Assembly: GCA_965204745.1 (NCBI GenBank) | Contig: OZ242010.1 | Coordinates: 1,696,001 to 1,760,000 of the forward strand | Length of the DNA: 64,000 nucleotides | Origin: Candidatus Latescibacterota bacterium | GTDB lineage: Bacteria; Latescibacterota; UBA2968 | Direction of reading: 5' to 3' | Shown: one piece after another, positions 20,553 through 31,079 of the stretch | Numbering within the stretch: the stretch's first letter is position 1 | Layout of the letters: every line of letters starts with the position of its first letter | The notes under the pieces: model-generated | Told to the model about the DNA's origin: nothing | The model's input: the letters and a program-made list of their open reading frames with translations, nothing else | Database searches by the model: none | Program-made: the position numbers and the translations under genes

Positions 20553-20813
20553 ATGACTTCAGATCAAGCGATTGACATTCGCGCCACACTCCTTGCGATG
20601 TTTGAGGCCATTGACAAAAACGAAAATATCGCCGAGCATCTGATCAAACTCGACGATATTCAGCGCGGCCTCGACCGCGGCGTGCCCGCACAACTCAGGC
20701 ATTTTCTCGAGCGCCGCAGCTATGTCAAGGCACTCGAATATCTCGAGACGGGCATGGTGATCGACGACCCCAATCGGCCCGACTGTGACGACCACCCATA
20801 CGCATCGCGTTGA
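20553..20813 (+). CDS. Small hypothetical protein
   Basis: GGGAG RBS; helical ORF containing LRHFLERRSYVKALEYL; typical codon usage. Confidence 0.6.
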   Translation: MTSDQAIDIRATLLAMFEAIDKNENIAEHLIKLDDIQRGLDRGVPAQLRHFLERRSYVKALEYLETGMVIDDPNRPDCDDHPYASR

Positions 20814-20872
20814 GCATTGCGCGCCAATGATCCACCTGTGACGACCACCCCATGACTGTTAGGAGTTGCGTT

Positions 20873-21178
20873 ATGGCTGTTGAAACCCGCACGGATATCA
20901 AGGGTATTCCCCGGTTTTTGTTCACCGAAGGCACGGATGCGGACCGCCTGCATCTGCATATCTCTGAGGTTGGCCCGGGCCAGCGTGCCCATCCGCCGCA
21001 CCGGCACGAGGGGTGCGAGATTTTCTACGTGATTGAGGGAAAGGGCGAAGTTTTGTACGGCGACGAAACGCATCCCGTCAACACCGGCGAGGCCATGCAC
21101 TTGGAATGTAGCATTTTGCACGGGATTGAGAATGTCGGAGACGCGCCGATGCACTACGCCGTGATCATTCGGAAATGA
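20873..21178 (+). CDS. Cupin domain protein
   Basis: HPPHRHEGCEIFYVIEGKG and HGIEN motifs; AGGAG RBS. Confidence 0.88.
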   Translation: MAVETRTDIKGIPRFLFTEGTDADRLHLHISEVGPGQRAHPPHRHEGCEIFYVIEGKGEVLYGDETHPVNTGEAMHLECSILHGIENVGDAPMHYAVIIRK

Positions 21179-21198
21179 GACGCCGCGGGCCGGGCGCG

Positions 21199-22338
21199 TC
21201 AGTAGTGTTTTCGCAGGATGTCCATGATGTGCATGGACAAGGATTGCACGGCTTCGTCAAAATTGGCGTTTTCAACCGCGATCAGGCGATGGGCTTCGCC
21301 CACGTCGAGGATGTGTCGCTGAATTTGCAAAATGGCGTCGAGGTTTTCGACATAGCGGTGCGATGGCCGTTGCGCGGCCTCTTCGCTGCGAAATTCAAAC
21401 CGCTCGGCATAGCGTTTTTTGTCGTCCAAGTACAAAATCATCCAGATGAAGATGGCGCGGTCTCGGTACGCGCTCACGTCGATCAAATCGGGCAAGAGAT
21501 GCACGCCGTCGATGACGAGGCTGACGTGTTCTTCGATGGCGCGCTCGATCATGGCGCGCACGCCAACGCCGACGCGCACGGCCTGTTCTCGAAATGCCTG
21601 CACGACTGGAGGATGCTCGCCGCTTAGTTCCGCGCCCGTGTGTTGCCAGGCGGAAAATGACGAGGCGTGCAATGCGGGCATGAGTTCGGGGGAGATCATC
21701 AGGCGCATAATTTGCCGAATGGCATCGGTGGAGGTGACGCGCGAAATTTTCAGCAGATTGGCGAGTGCCAATCCCACGGATGTTTTGCCCACCCCACTCG
21801 CGCCGCTGATGAGAATGACGAGGGGCTTGTGTTGCCGGTCCTTGCGAAACCGATACCACGCCCGATAGCGTTCGGCATAAGGCGCGCTGTATCCGTCGTT
21901 TAAGACGTTGAGGGCGGTTTCAAAAATTTGCGGTCGCTTGATGACTTGGCCCTGTGAGCGCGAGAGTTGTTGCTCGACTTGGGCGGCGATGCGGTACGCG
22001 AGGTCGCGGTCGAGGCCGATGGCTTCGAGGGAATCGGCGAGTCTGTCCAGCGAAAACAGGGCGCGGTCTTCGCCTTCTTCGATGAAAATTTGCCGGGAGG
22101 TGGGTTGCCAAAAGAGGGCGTCGCCGATGCTGCGGTTGCCAAATTCTCGCGCGACCTGATTTCGCACGAGATCGACCATGTCTTCGGCTTTGATGTCTTT
22201 TGCTTTTTGAAGGGATCGGCGGATGCCGTCTGCAAATTTGTACGCTTCTTGAAATGCGAACCCGTGCTCGATGAGGTAGTGCGCGAGCATGCCCCGCAGA
22301 AAGGGGATGCGCTTTTTGCCATCTACAATCGTCGCCAT
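21199..22338 (-). CDS. ATP-cone domain 2-phosphoglycerate kinase-like P-loop kinase
   Basis: Two ATP-cone-like N-terminal segments (PFLRGML; FSLDRLADSL), GASGVGKT, STDAIR, LHASS, IDGVHL; CAGGAG RBS before ATG 22338. Confidence 0.75.
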   Translation of the reverse strand: MATIVDGKKRIPFLRGMLAHYLIEHGFAFQEAYKFADGIRRSLQKAKDIKAEDMVDLVRNQVAREFGNRSIGDALFWQPTSRQIFIEEGEDRALFSLDRLADSLEAIGLDRDLAYRIAAQVEQQLSRSQGQVIKRPQIFETALNVLNDGYSAPYAERYRAWYRFRKDRQHKPLVILISGASGVGKTSVGLALANLLKISRVTSTDAIRQIMRLMISPELMPALHASSFSAWQHTGAELSGEHPPVVQAFREQAVRVGVGVRAMIERAIEEHVSLVIDGVHLLPDLIDVSAYRDRAIFIWMILYLDDKKRYAERFEFRSEEAAQRPSHRYVENLDAILQIQRHILDVGEAHRLIAVENANFDEAVQSLSMHIMDILRKHY

Positions 22339-22454
22339 GGCGATCTCCTGCAAGACGCAGTTTTCAAAAACAACGGCTACTTTTTGAACTTAGCGAACCT
22401 TTTGCGCGGTGTCAAGTTTCTGGCTGACAACCCTGTGAACAGAGAGGGGAGTTT

Positions 22455-23930
22455 ATGGCTGCACGACCCAATGTGTTGTTGATTTCGACGGATCACTGGC
22501 CGGCGCGGCTTTTGGGATGCGCGGGTCATCCCGTCGTCCAGACGCCGACGCTGGATGAATTGGCCCGAAGCGGCGTGCGTTTTACCAACTGTTATGCCGA
22601 GTGCCCGGTGTGCATTCCCGCACGGCGCACGTTGATGACGGGGACGCCGCCGCGCACGCATGGGGATCGCGTGTTTAAGGAGCGACTCGAGATGCCGGAT
22701 GTGCCCACGTTGGCGCAGACGTTTCGGGATGCGGGCTATCAGGCGTATGCAGTGGGCAAGTTGCATGTGTATCCACAGCGGGATCGCATTGGGTTTGACG
22801 ATGTGATTTTGGATGAAGAGGGGCGCACGCAGTACGGGGTGACGGACGATTACGAGTTGTTTTTGGGCGATCAGGGCTTTGTGGGGCAACACTTCAATCA
22901 CGGCATGAGCAACAACGAGTACAGCGCGGTGGCGTGGCATTTGCCGGATGAGACGCACGCGACAAATTGGGCGACTCAGACCATGGCGCACGTCGTAAAA
23001 CGCCGCGATCCCAAACGCCCTGCGTTCTGGTTTCTGTCCTATCGGCATCCGCATCCGCCGCTCGTGCCTTTGCAGACGTATTTGGATTTTTATCGGGATC
23101 TGGCGATTGACGCGCCGGTCGTGGGCGATTGGGCGCGGGCCGATGATCTTCCTTATGGGCTTCAATCGACAACTGCGCGCGGCGATAAACACAGCGCGGT
23201 GCAAACCGAGATGGCGCGGCGGGCGTTTTACGCTTTGTGTACGCATATCGACCACAGCTTGCGCGTGTTGATCGGCACGTTGCGCGAGGAAGGCGTGCTC
23301 GGCAATACGATGATTTGTTTTACGTCTGATCACGGCGATATGTTGGGCGATCACAGGATGTGGGCGAAGCGGCTTTTCTACGAGGGGTCGGCCAATATCC
23401 CGATGATTTTGCTCGGGGTTGAAGGCGATGAGCGGGTCGGGTTCAACCGCATAGATGATCGCTTGGTGGGGTGGCGCGATGTGATGCCCACGTTGCTGGA
23501 TTTGGCCGGGGTGGAGATTCCCGATACTGTGGAGGGGTTGTCGATGGTCCGTGCGGAAAAGCGGGATTGGTTTTACGGCGAGATCGGCGAAGATGCCCAT
23601 GCGACGCGGATGATTCGCGATAGACGCTACAAGTTGATTTACTATGCGACGGGAAATCGCCGGCAACTTTTCGATTTGGAAAGCGATCCCCGGGAACTCG
23701 TGGATTTGTCGTCTGATCCGCGATATGCCGACACCCTGGCGCGGTTGACCGAGGTTTTGATCGGCGAACTTTACGGCGGGGATGAAACCTGGGTTGAGGA
23801 TGGGCAATTGGTGGGCCTTCCAAATCGACACTATCGGCCCGGCCCCAACCGGGGGCTGACCAGCCAGCGCGGTCAACACTGGCCCCCACCGCCAAAATCC
23901 GACATGCCGCAGATCCGATGGCATGCGTGA
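22455..23930 (+). CDS. Sulfatase
   Basis: RPNVLLISTD, CIPAR, GKLH, PHPP, SDHGD. Confidence 0.92.
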   Translation: MAARPNVLLISTDHWPARLLGCAGHPVVQTPTLDELARSGVRFTNCYAECPVCIPARRTLMTGTPPRTHGDRVFKERLEMPDVPTLAQTFRDAGYQAYAVGKLHVYPQRDRIGFDDVILDEEGRTQYGVTDDYELFLGDQGFVGQHFNHGMSNNEYSAVAWHLPDETHATNWATQTMAHVVKRRDPKRPAFWFLSYRHPHPPLVPLQTYLDFYRDLAIDAPVVGDWARADDLPYGLQSTTARGDKHSAVQTEMARRAFYALCTHIDHSLRVLIGTLREEGVLGNTMICFTSDHGDMLGDHRMWAKRLFYEGSANIPMILLGVEGDERVGFNRIDDRLVGWRDVMPTLLDLAGVEIPDTVEGLSMVRAEKRDWFYGEIGEDAHATRMIRDRRYKLIYYATGNRRQLFDLESDPRELVDLSSDPRYADTLARLTEVLIGELYGGDETWVEDGQLVGLPNRHYRPGPNRGLTSQRGQHWPPPPKSDMPQIRWHA

Positions 23931-24035
23931 ACAATGGAGAAAGACACCTCGAGGTGATCGAGTTTCTCGAAATCGCAGAGGCGTGAATATCGACTCTTGA
24001 GAAGTCATCAAAAAGTTGAAGGCGGAGACAACGTC

Positions 24036-24649
24036 GTGACCATTTTAGACGAGTGGGGGATTACACCCGAACAGCTTACGATTCTTCTCGACGAGAACCC
24101 TAGCTTGCGCGGTATGTTGTTTGGATATGTTGCGGAAGTAAAATTAAAAAAAAAATAGCCGCATTTCCCGAAGTTTCTTTCACAACTAAATTCGACGATC
24201 ACAATAGAAAAAAGAAAGGCGATCTCTATATCATCTACAGAGATCGCGCTTTCGATTTGGAGTCAAAATCACTTCAAACATCGTCAATCAGATATGATGA
24301 AGAAAATTTTTGCTGGTCGGGCAAGGCGCAAGTAGATGCAAGCGATAGGCGCGTCATTACATTGCCCGATGGCTCGGAACTGAATACGACACTTTTGCTG
24401 AGGGGAGAGTTTGACATTCTGGCTATCAATTGCTATGCGTTCAACAAGGAGTGGAATTTTGCTTTTGCGCGAAACCAAGACCTTCCCCGCTCGACATACA
24501 GAAGATATACTCAGATTCAAAAAGAGAATTTAATCGCCAGTCTGATAACCGTCACATGGCCTCCACGGCCTCCATTTTACTCGGACATACGCGCTTTGCT
24601 CGATCAAATAGTGGCGGAAGGAGCAGGATCCGACCCAATGGGCATTTAA
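24036..24649 (+). pseudogene. PD-(D/E)xK restriction endonuclease, frameshifted in an A10 run (24146-24155)
   Basis: GTG 24036 gives MTILDEWG...NPSLRGMLFGYVAEVKLKKK*; the -1 frame continues IAAFPEV...GDLYIIYRDRAFDLESK to 24649; convergent with a DNA methyltransferase; AT-rich. Confidence 0.7.
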
Positions 24650-25395
24650 CCTTTTGATCTTTTGGAAAAAGCATTTTTGACAAATACCAAAAAGTACGAA
24701 TGGTTTTTTCGGGCGTGGACTTGTCGTTTAAGTCTGCTGATTGAGGGCTTGTTTTGGCGAACGACGACAAAGAGGTCTTTTGTGTAGAAATCCATTTTCT
24801 CGTATTCATTTACGATTTCTAAATGTGTCAACCATTGTTTGTTCGCGCTGACTTCATCTTGACATTTGACGATCAGGATGCCTTTGTCTCTTAAGATTCG
24901 AAATGCTTCTCTGCCCGCAAGAAAGTACATATCTGTTACGGCACCGTGCCATTTGCTCGTGCCTTTGAACTCGTTATTTGATTCATCGCCATTTGAGTAT
25001 GCGGATCGAAATGATCGATGTGACCCCGAACCCGCTTTATGCGCTGGAGATTTTCTGTAAAAGCCTTCCATATACGGCGGGTCGAGTACGACGCAATCAA
25101 CAGAACGATCCGCATAAGGCAAATTCCTACAATCGACGCCCATGGATATATCGGTCGCTTTAATGTCATAGAAGCCCTCTGGTACATTTCGCCAAAAGAC
25201 ACCCTTGCCCCAAGTGACGTCGGCAACAACAGAGCCTTTGGGAACATGTAGAGATAGAATTTGGGGAAAGACATCGGCATTGCCACCCACATGGGCAGAC
25301 ATAATGACGTCTGAAGTCGCGTGACCACCTTGTACTCGCCTATTTTTTTTCGTAGCCATAGCGGTCGGAAAAATATCTGTTTGAGTAGTGTTCAT
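24646..25395 (-). CDS. DNA amino-methyltransferase (N6-A or N4-C)
   Basis: SAM-binding DVTWGKG and catalytic DPPY; AT-rich. Confidence 0.85.
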   Translation of the reverse strand: MNTTQTDIFPTAMATKKNRRVQGGHATSDVIMSAHVGGNADVFPQILSLHVPKGSVVADVTWGKGVFWRNVPEGFYDIKATDISMGVDCRNLPYADRSVDCVVLDPPYMEGFYRKSPAHKAGSGSHRSFRSAYSNGDESNNEFKGTSKWHGAVTDMYFLAGREAFRILRDKGILIVKCQDEVSANKQWLTHLEIVNEYEKMDFYTKDLFVVVRQNKPSISRLKRQVHARKNHSYFLVFVKNAFSKRSKG

Positions 25396-25401
25396 ACGTT
25401 C

Positions 25402-25430
25402 ATTGTATTCTATTTTGAAATAATTGTCAA
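25402..25430 (-). promoter_or_regulatory. Near-consensus sigma70 promoter for the methyltransferase, probably giving a leaderless mRNA
   Basis: Minus strand TTGACA-17 bp-TACAAT, ending 6 nt before the ATG at 25395. Confidence 0.7.
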
Positions 25431-25485
25431 TGTCTATTTTTTTATATTTGATCCCGCTTTTTGGGGAGATTGAGAAGGAGGCATT

Positions 25486-26511
25486 ATGCCATCGCGATTG
25501 TTCAATTCACATCCGAACTGCGGCATTCGCGTGCCCTATCGGGTGATGGAGGAGTATGTTCGCGCGCTGTTTCTCGCTGTGGGAATGTCTGAGGCACACG
25601 CGCAACACATGGCGGTGACATTGACGGCAAATGATTTGCGTTGCGTGTTTAGCCATGGCACGCGGCAGGTGCGCGATTACATTTTTGAAATGCAAAATGG
25701 GCATACCAATCCGCGGCCCCAGGTGACGGTGGTGTCGGAGACAGCGGCGACGGCGGTGATCGATGGCGATGGCGGGTTGGGGTATTTCCCATCGCATCTG
25801 GGAACGGAGATGGCGATTGAAAAGGCGTTGAACGTGGGCGTGGGCGCGGTGACGACGCGCAATCACTTCCACTTTGGCGCGGCCGGCAATTATTCCCGCA
25901 TGGCCTTGGCACGCGATTGCATTGGGATGGCGTTGTCCTCGCATCGCTATCGCCCTCGCCGAGATGCGACGGTGTTGAGCGCGTCGGGCGGATCGCCCAT
26001 GAGCATTGCCGTGCCATCCGGGGTGCAACCCCCTGTTGTGATGGATATGTCCGCGCATTTCATTTTGTACAGCGAGGAAGCGTTCGCCCGGTTTCCGGCT
26101 GCGGTTTTTAAGGGCTTGGGGTTGGCGGCTGTGTTGCAGGCGATGGGCGGCATTTTGCCCGGTATCTGGCGCGAGGGATATGAATTTACCGGGGAAGGCA
26201 AAGGCGCGGCGCCGCATCAAGGGGCGTTTGTCGCGGTGTTCGACGTGAAGCGGTTTGCCGATGTGGCGGCGTTTAAGCAAGAGATGGATCGCTATATCGG
26301 CGAAGCGCGTGCCACAAAGCCCTTGCCGGGACACGACCGCGCCGAGTTGGCCGGGGGCATGGAATGGCAATGGGAAAAAGAACACCGCGAGATCGGCATT
26401 CCCGTAACCGACGAGCACCGCGACTTGCTAGAACAAGTGGGCGATAGCGTGGATGTGCCAGCGCCGTTTGGGCAATTTGAAGATGCGCGATTTGACAACG
26501 GGAAAGCGTGA
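25486..26511 (+). CDS. Ldh_2 family oxidoreductase (malate/L-lactate/ureidoglycolate dehydrogenase-like)
   Basis: [15 protein letters not shown]...GVG.V..RN..HFGAAG.Y, P.V.DM; AAGGAGG RBS. Confidence 0.85.
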   Translation: MPSRLFNSHPNCGIRVPYRVMEEYVRALFLAVGMSEAHAQHMAVTLTANDLRCVFSHGTRQVRDYIFEMQNGHTNPRPQVTVVSETAATAVIDGDGGLGYFPSHLGTEMAIEKALNVGVGAVTTRNHFHFGAAGNYSRMALARDCIGMALSSHRYRPRRDATVLSASGGSPMSIAVPSGVQPPVVMDMSAHFILYSEEAFARFPAAVFKGLGLAAVLQAMGGILPGIWREGYEFTGEGKGAAPHQGAFVAVFDVKRFADVAAFKQEMDRYIGEARATKPLPGHDRAELAGGMEWQWEKEHREIGIPVTDEHRDLLEQVGDSVDVPAPFGQFEDARFDNGKA

Positions 26512-26621
26512 ACGTGGGGTTCGCCACAAAGGGCGCGACCGGGGACAACTAATTCAAAGCCAAGCGGTGAGCATGCCCCCGCGCGCCTTCGCAGCAGTTT
26601 GACAACGGAGAGGAGTGACGG

Positions 26622-27938
26622 ATGAACGAGCGACCGAATATCTTGTTTCTCTTTGCGGATCAGATGCATGCGTTTGCGATGGGGTGTATGGGGACGGAGG
26701 ATATTCATACGCCGAATTTGGACGAACTGGCGAGCGAGGGGGTTTTGTTTCGCAACTGTTATTCCAATGCGCCGGTTTGCACGCCGTTTCGCGCGACGCT
26801 GGTGTCGGGGCAATACGGGTCGCAGACCGATACGCTTCGCAACGGCCGGTATCTTCCCGAGGGGACGCGCACGCTGGCCGGCGCACTCAATGACGCGGGG
26901 TATCGAACCGGCTGGGTGGGCAAGTGGCATTTGGGCGCGACTGGCAATGTGTGGGTGCCGCCTGAGTTGCGGGCGGATTTTACGGAGTTTATCGGGTACC
27001 AGTGTTACAATGACTTTTTGCACAGCGTGAAATTTTACGACGAGGCGGGCGATGAGCATTGGTACGATCACCACCGCACGGATGTGACGAGCGATATCGC
27101 GATGGCGCGCCTAGAGAAGATGGCGGCAACCGCTCCGTTCGCGCTGTTTGTGTCCTACCAAAACCCGCACTATCCCGAGCAGCCGGGGGATGAGTACGAC
27201 GCGATGTATCGAGGCGCGACCCTTGCGCGGCGGCCAAATTGCGAGGAGGTCGATCCGTACACCAAAACGCACAGCCCGCCAAGCCCCAAACCGCGAGAGA
27301 ACGATCCCATTTACCAACGCTATGGCAACAACTTGGATGAGTATTTGCGGGCGTATTACGCGATGGTGACGCAATTAGATGCGAATGTGGGGCGGATGAT
27401 GGACGCGCTGGATCGGCTGGGCTTGCGGGAGAATACGGTGGTGATGTTCACGTCTGATCACGGGGATTTGCAGGGCAGTCACGGCGAGACGAACAAGGGC
27501 ATGGCATGGGAGGAATCGAGTCGGATTCCCCTGATCGTGCGCGCACCGGATGGCGCGGCAGGGGCTGTTGTGGATGATTTGGTGTCCGGCGTGGATTTTT
27601 TTGCGACGTGTGTCGATTATGCCGCGCAACCGCCCGAGCCTTCGGTGGAGGGCGACAGTTTCGCACCGCTGGTACGCGACCCTTCGCAGACTTTGGACCG
27701 ACCCGTTTTTTCAGAGATGCAACCCTGGTGCATGGTGCGCGAGGGCGCGTTTAAGTTGGTGGTGCAGAAAGAGGACTTTGAGCCGACCCACCTGTTCGAT
27801 TTGGAACGCGATCCCTACGAGATGAATAATTTGCTCGCCGATCCAAATCGCGCCGCGCAACGAGCGCGTCTGCACGGGGTGCTACGGAATTGGTATGAGT
27901 ACGTGGCGGGAACTGGGAATGCGGAACTACAGCTTTGA
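26622..27938 (+). CDS. Sulfatase
   Basis: RPNILFLFADQ, CTPFR, GKWH, NPH, SDHGD. Confidence 0.92.
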   Translation: MNERPNILFLFADQMHAFAMGCMGTEDIHTPNLDELASEGVLFRNCYSNAPVCTPFRATLVSGQYGSQTDTLRNGRYLPEGTRTLAGALNDAGYRTGWVGKWHLGATGNVWVPPELRADFTEFIGYQCYNDFLHSVKFYDEAGDEHWYDHHRTDVTSDIAMARLEKMAATAPFALFVSYQNPHYPEQPGDEYDAMYRGATLARRPNCEEVDPYTKTHSPPSPKPRENDPIYQRYGNNLDEYLRAYYAMVTQLDANVGRMMDALDRLGLRENTVVMFTSDHGDLQGSHGETNKGMAWEESSRIPLIVRAPDGAAGAVVDDLVSGVDFFATCVDYAAQPPEPSVEGDSFAPLVRDPSQTLDRPVFSEMQPWCMVREGAFKLVVQKEDFEPTHLFDLERDPYEMNNLLADPNRAAQRARLHGVLRNWYEYVAGTGNAELQL

Positions 27939-27940
27939 GG

Positions 27941-28651
27941 ATGAGCGTGGATAGATCGAGTAGCGAAGGACGAGACGCGAGATTTCGGTTGCGCTTTTCG
28001 GATTACAGGTACACCTTTCTCACCTTGTCAGTGGTTTTTCTTTTTATGGTGATGCCGTTGTTGGAGCGCGAAGAGCAACCCTTTGTGCCATTTCTTTTTT
28101 TGTTGGTTATGGCCGTGGTGCTCTGGACGTTCAGCCTTCCCAAGGTGCTCTTCGGATTGTGTGTGGTTCTCGGGTTATTGGGGTTTGGATTTTCGTTGTG
28201 CATGGAGATGGGCGCCGTTTCAGAGCCCCTATCTCAAGTGGTCAATCTATCCTTGCTCGGGGTTTATACCTCGTTTTACGGGATATGTCTTTTGGTTTTT
28301 TTGTACAGGATTTTCTCCGAGAAGATGATCACGGCAGATACCATTCAGGGGGGAATAGCCGTCTATTTTCTCAGCGGATTGTTGTGGGCGTTTTTCTATC
28401 AGATTTTGCTCGCGTTTGATTCCTCTGCGATTTCATTGCCCGTTCATACATCGGGCGAATTTTCAGAGCTGATTTATTTTTCCTTTGTCACGCTGACCAC
28501 TTTGGGGTACGGAGAAATAACGCCGGTGAGTTGGATGGCGCAAAACCTGACCCTGTTGGAAGCCGTTTGGGGGCAGACGTATCTGGTGGTGCTGGTCGCG
28601 CGACTGGTGGGATTGCATTTGAGTGGGGGCGGCAAATCCGATTGCGAATAG
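27941..28651 (+). CDS. Potassium channel family protein (Ion_trans_2)
   Basis: Several TM helices; selectivity filter YFSFVTLTTLGYG. Confidence 0.85.
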   Translation: MSVDRSSSEGRDARFRLRFSDYRYTFLTLSVVFLFMVMPLLEREEQPFVPFLFLLVMAVVLWTFSLPKVLFGLCVVLGLLGFGFSLCMEMGAVSEPLSQVVNLSLLGVYTSFYGICLLVFLYRIFSEKMITADTIQGGIAVYFLSGLLWAFFYQILLAFDSSAISLPVHTSGEFSELIYFSFVTLTTLGYGEITPVSWMAQNLTLLEAVWGQTYLVVLVARLVGLHLSGGGKSDCE

Positions 28652-28659
28652 GAATGGTT

Positions 28660-31047
28660 ATGAATGACAGATGGCATTTTGTGGTCGGCGTTTTCTTTTT
28701 GACGCTCTTCTCGACGCCCGACGTCTGTGCTCAAAGTGAAAAGGAGCGCGTCACTATCGGCATCATCGCGGATGAGGGCCAACGGGCGGAAACCGATTTT
28801 TGGCTCGAGCCGCTAAAACGCGAACTGAACGCGCTTTTGGGGTCAAAATATCATCTCCAAATTTTGGAAGACAAAATTCTGGGCGCGGATTGGTCTGCCC
28901 ATGTCGCTGCCCAAAACTACGACCGGCTGATGCAGGATCAGAACGTGGATATCATCATTGGCATCGGACTTTTGACGAGTTCGGTCATCGCGCAGGAGAG
29001 GCCCTATCAAAAACCCGTTATCGCGCTGGGCATTCTCGATCCCAAATTGCAGGGATTGCCCCTACCCCAAAAAAACAGCTCGAATGTTCACAATCTCACT
29101 TATGTCCTCCTGTCCAATCGATCTTTGGCGAGAGAGTTGGATGTTTTCTTCGATCTCTTTCCCTATCGAAAGGTCGGCGTTGTTTTCTACGGCGAATGGT
29201 TGAATTTTTTCATCGAAGACGAGGCGTTTTTGCAAAGTTTTTTGCGAGAGGTCATGGAGAAAAATCGAACTTCGTTTGCGTTGCTTCCATTCGCCAATGC
29301 GGTTGAAACGCTATCTCTGGCCGTGCGGCAGGGCATCGATGCTTTTTACATCGGGTATTTGGGGCCGCATGAAGGCGCGGCAAAACGCGCCTTTATCGAC
29401 TCTATCAATGTTAGAGGCATGCCCTCTTTTGGTTCTTCTGTGCTCGACGTTCGGCAGGGCGTTTTGGCAGCCACCGCGCCAGAGGAGAATTTCTCCAGAA
29501 TTATTCGGCGCGTTTCCCTGCACGTCGAAGCCATCCTCAATGGGGAAGATGCCGCGCGGTTGCCCGTCCACATGAGCTTTGAAGAGAATTTGACGCTCAA
29601 CATGCAAACCGCCAACGAGATCGGATTTTCTCCCAAATACACCGTGCTCGCAAAGGCCGACTTGATCGATGAATTTGCTTTGGAAGGCGTGCGCGTCGTG
29701 GATTTGCGCCAAGTGGTGAGCGAGGTGATGGACGCCAATCTCGGCCTGAAAATCCAACGCGGTGATGTCGCCGTCGCGCACAAAGATGTGGCGCTGTCTC
29801 GCACCCGGTTTTTTCCTTCTCTGAACTTGAATGTCACAGGTGTGCGGATCGATAAAGACCGCGCGCAAAACTCGTTTGGGCAACAGGCCGAGCGCGCTGT
29901 GACTGGAAAAGTGGGCGTTGGGCAGTTGTTTTTCTCCGAGCGGACAATGGGCGAGGTGTCGATCAAAAATTATCGGTTGCACTCGGCAGAATACGGGTAC
30001 GAAAAATTGAAACTCGATGCGATTTTAGATGCTGCCGTGGCTTATTTTCAGGTCTTGAGGGCCAAAACCGGTCGCAAAATTCAGCGAGACAATGTGGCAC
30101 TCACCAAGAGAAATCTCGAGATTGCCAGACAGCGGGAAGCCATCGGCTATTCCGGGCGGTCGGATGTCTATCGTTGGGAGAGCCGATTGACGGCGGCCAA
30201 TACGAATTTGCTATCGGCCAAAAACGCCGTGGAGTTGGCAAAGATCCAGTTGAATCAGTTGCTCAACCGCCCCATTGGCGAAGCGTTCATCGCACGGGAG
30301 GCCGCGTTGTCCGACAGTCTGTATTTGAGTTATATCGGCAGTGTAGAAAAATATATCGACACGCCCAAATCGTTGCGTATTTACACGGAGTTCCTCATTG
30401 CAGAAGCGCGGCGCAATGCGCCGGAACTTCGGCAACTCGCGGCGAATATCAACGCCGTGCAAAGATCGCTTCGATCACTGAAGTTGGCGCGCTTTGTTCC
30501 GACCCTCGCCTTGAGTGCAGAATGGCAACACGTCGTTTCCCGCAGTGGCATGGGGTCAGACGTCGCTGGCGTCGATCCAGTTGATAACCCCTGGAATGTG
30601 AGCCTCAACGCGTCGTTGCCCCTTTTTCAAGGCGGTGCAACGCGCGTCAATATTCAGAAGACGCGCATCGAAATTGACAAACTCGAAGATCAAAAGGCGC
30701 AGTTGATGCGGGGTTTGGAACTAAACGTGCGGACTGCCATACTGGATGTAAGCGTCAAAAGCGTCAATCTCGAGTCATCCCAAAAGTCGGCTGAATTGGC
30801 CGATAAAAGTCTGGAACTGGTGCAGAATGAATACGCACAGGGCCGCGTTTCCATCGTCGATCTGGTCGATGCACAAAACGCGGCATTGGCCGCGAGATTA
30901 AACGCGCTGGATTCGGGGTACGAATTTTTGATCAGCTTATTAAAAACCGAGCGCGCCGTGGGAAAATTCAGTCTGTTGGGCACGGCTGACGAGCGCGCCG
31001 AGTTTCTCAATCGCTTTGAGCGTTATTTTTTACAGCGCGTGCGGTAA
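28660..31047 (+). CDS. TolC-family outer-membrane efflux protein with N-terminal substrate-binding-like domain
   Basis: Signal peptide; C-terminal half has OEP repeats (FFPSLNL, AYFQVL, LPLFQGG, Y.QG...I.DLVDAQ); first gene of an MFP/RND set. Confidence 0.85.
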   Translation: MNDRWHFVVGVFFLTLFSTPDVCAQSEKERVTIGIIADEGQRAETDFWLEPLKRELNALLGSKYHLQILEDKILGADWSAHVAAQNYDRLMQDQNVDIIIGIGLLTSSVIAQERPYQKPVIALGILDPKLQGLPLPQKNSSNVHNLTYVLLSNRSLARELDVFFDLFPYRKVGVVFYGEWLNFFIEDEAFLQSFLREVMEKNRTSFALLPFANAVETLSLAVRQGIDAFYIGYLGPHEGAAKRAFIDSINVRGMPSFGSSVLDVRQGVLAATAPEENFSRIIRRVSLHVEAILNGEDAARLPVHMSFEENLTLNMQTANEIGFSPKYTVLAKADLIDEFALEGVRVVDLRQVVSEVMDANLGLKIQRGDVAVAHKDVALSRTRFFPSLNLNVTGVRIDKDRAQNSFGQQAERAVTGKVGVGQLFFSERTMGEVSIKNYRLHSAEYGYEKLKLDAILDAAVAYFQVLRAKTGRKIQRDNVALTKRNLEIARQREAIGYSGRSDVYRWESRLTAANTNLLSAKNAVELAKIQLNQLLNRPIGEAFIAREAALSDSLYLSYIGSVEKYIDTPKSLRIYTEFLIAEARRNAPELRQLAANINAVQRSLRSLKLARFVPTLALSAEWQHVVSRSGMGSDVAGVDPVDNPWNVSLNASLPLFQGGATRVNIQKTRIEIDKLEDQKAQLMRGLELNVRTAILDVSVKSVNLESSQKSAELADKSLELVQNEYAQGRVSIVDLVDAQNAALAARLNALDSGYEFLISLLKTERAVGKFSLLGTADERAEFLNRFERYFLQRVR

Positions 31048-31079
31048 GCCATCCACCCTCACCTGAAAGAGGCAGTCCC

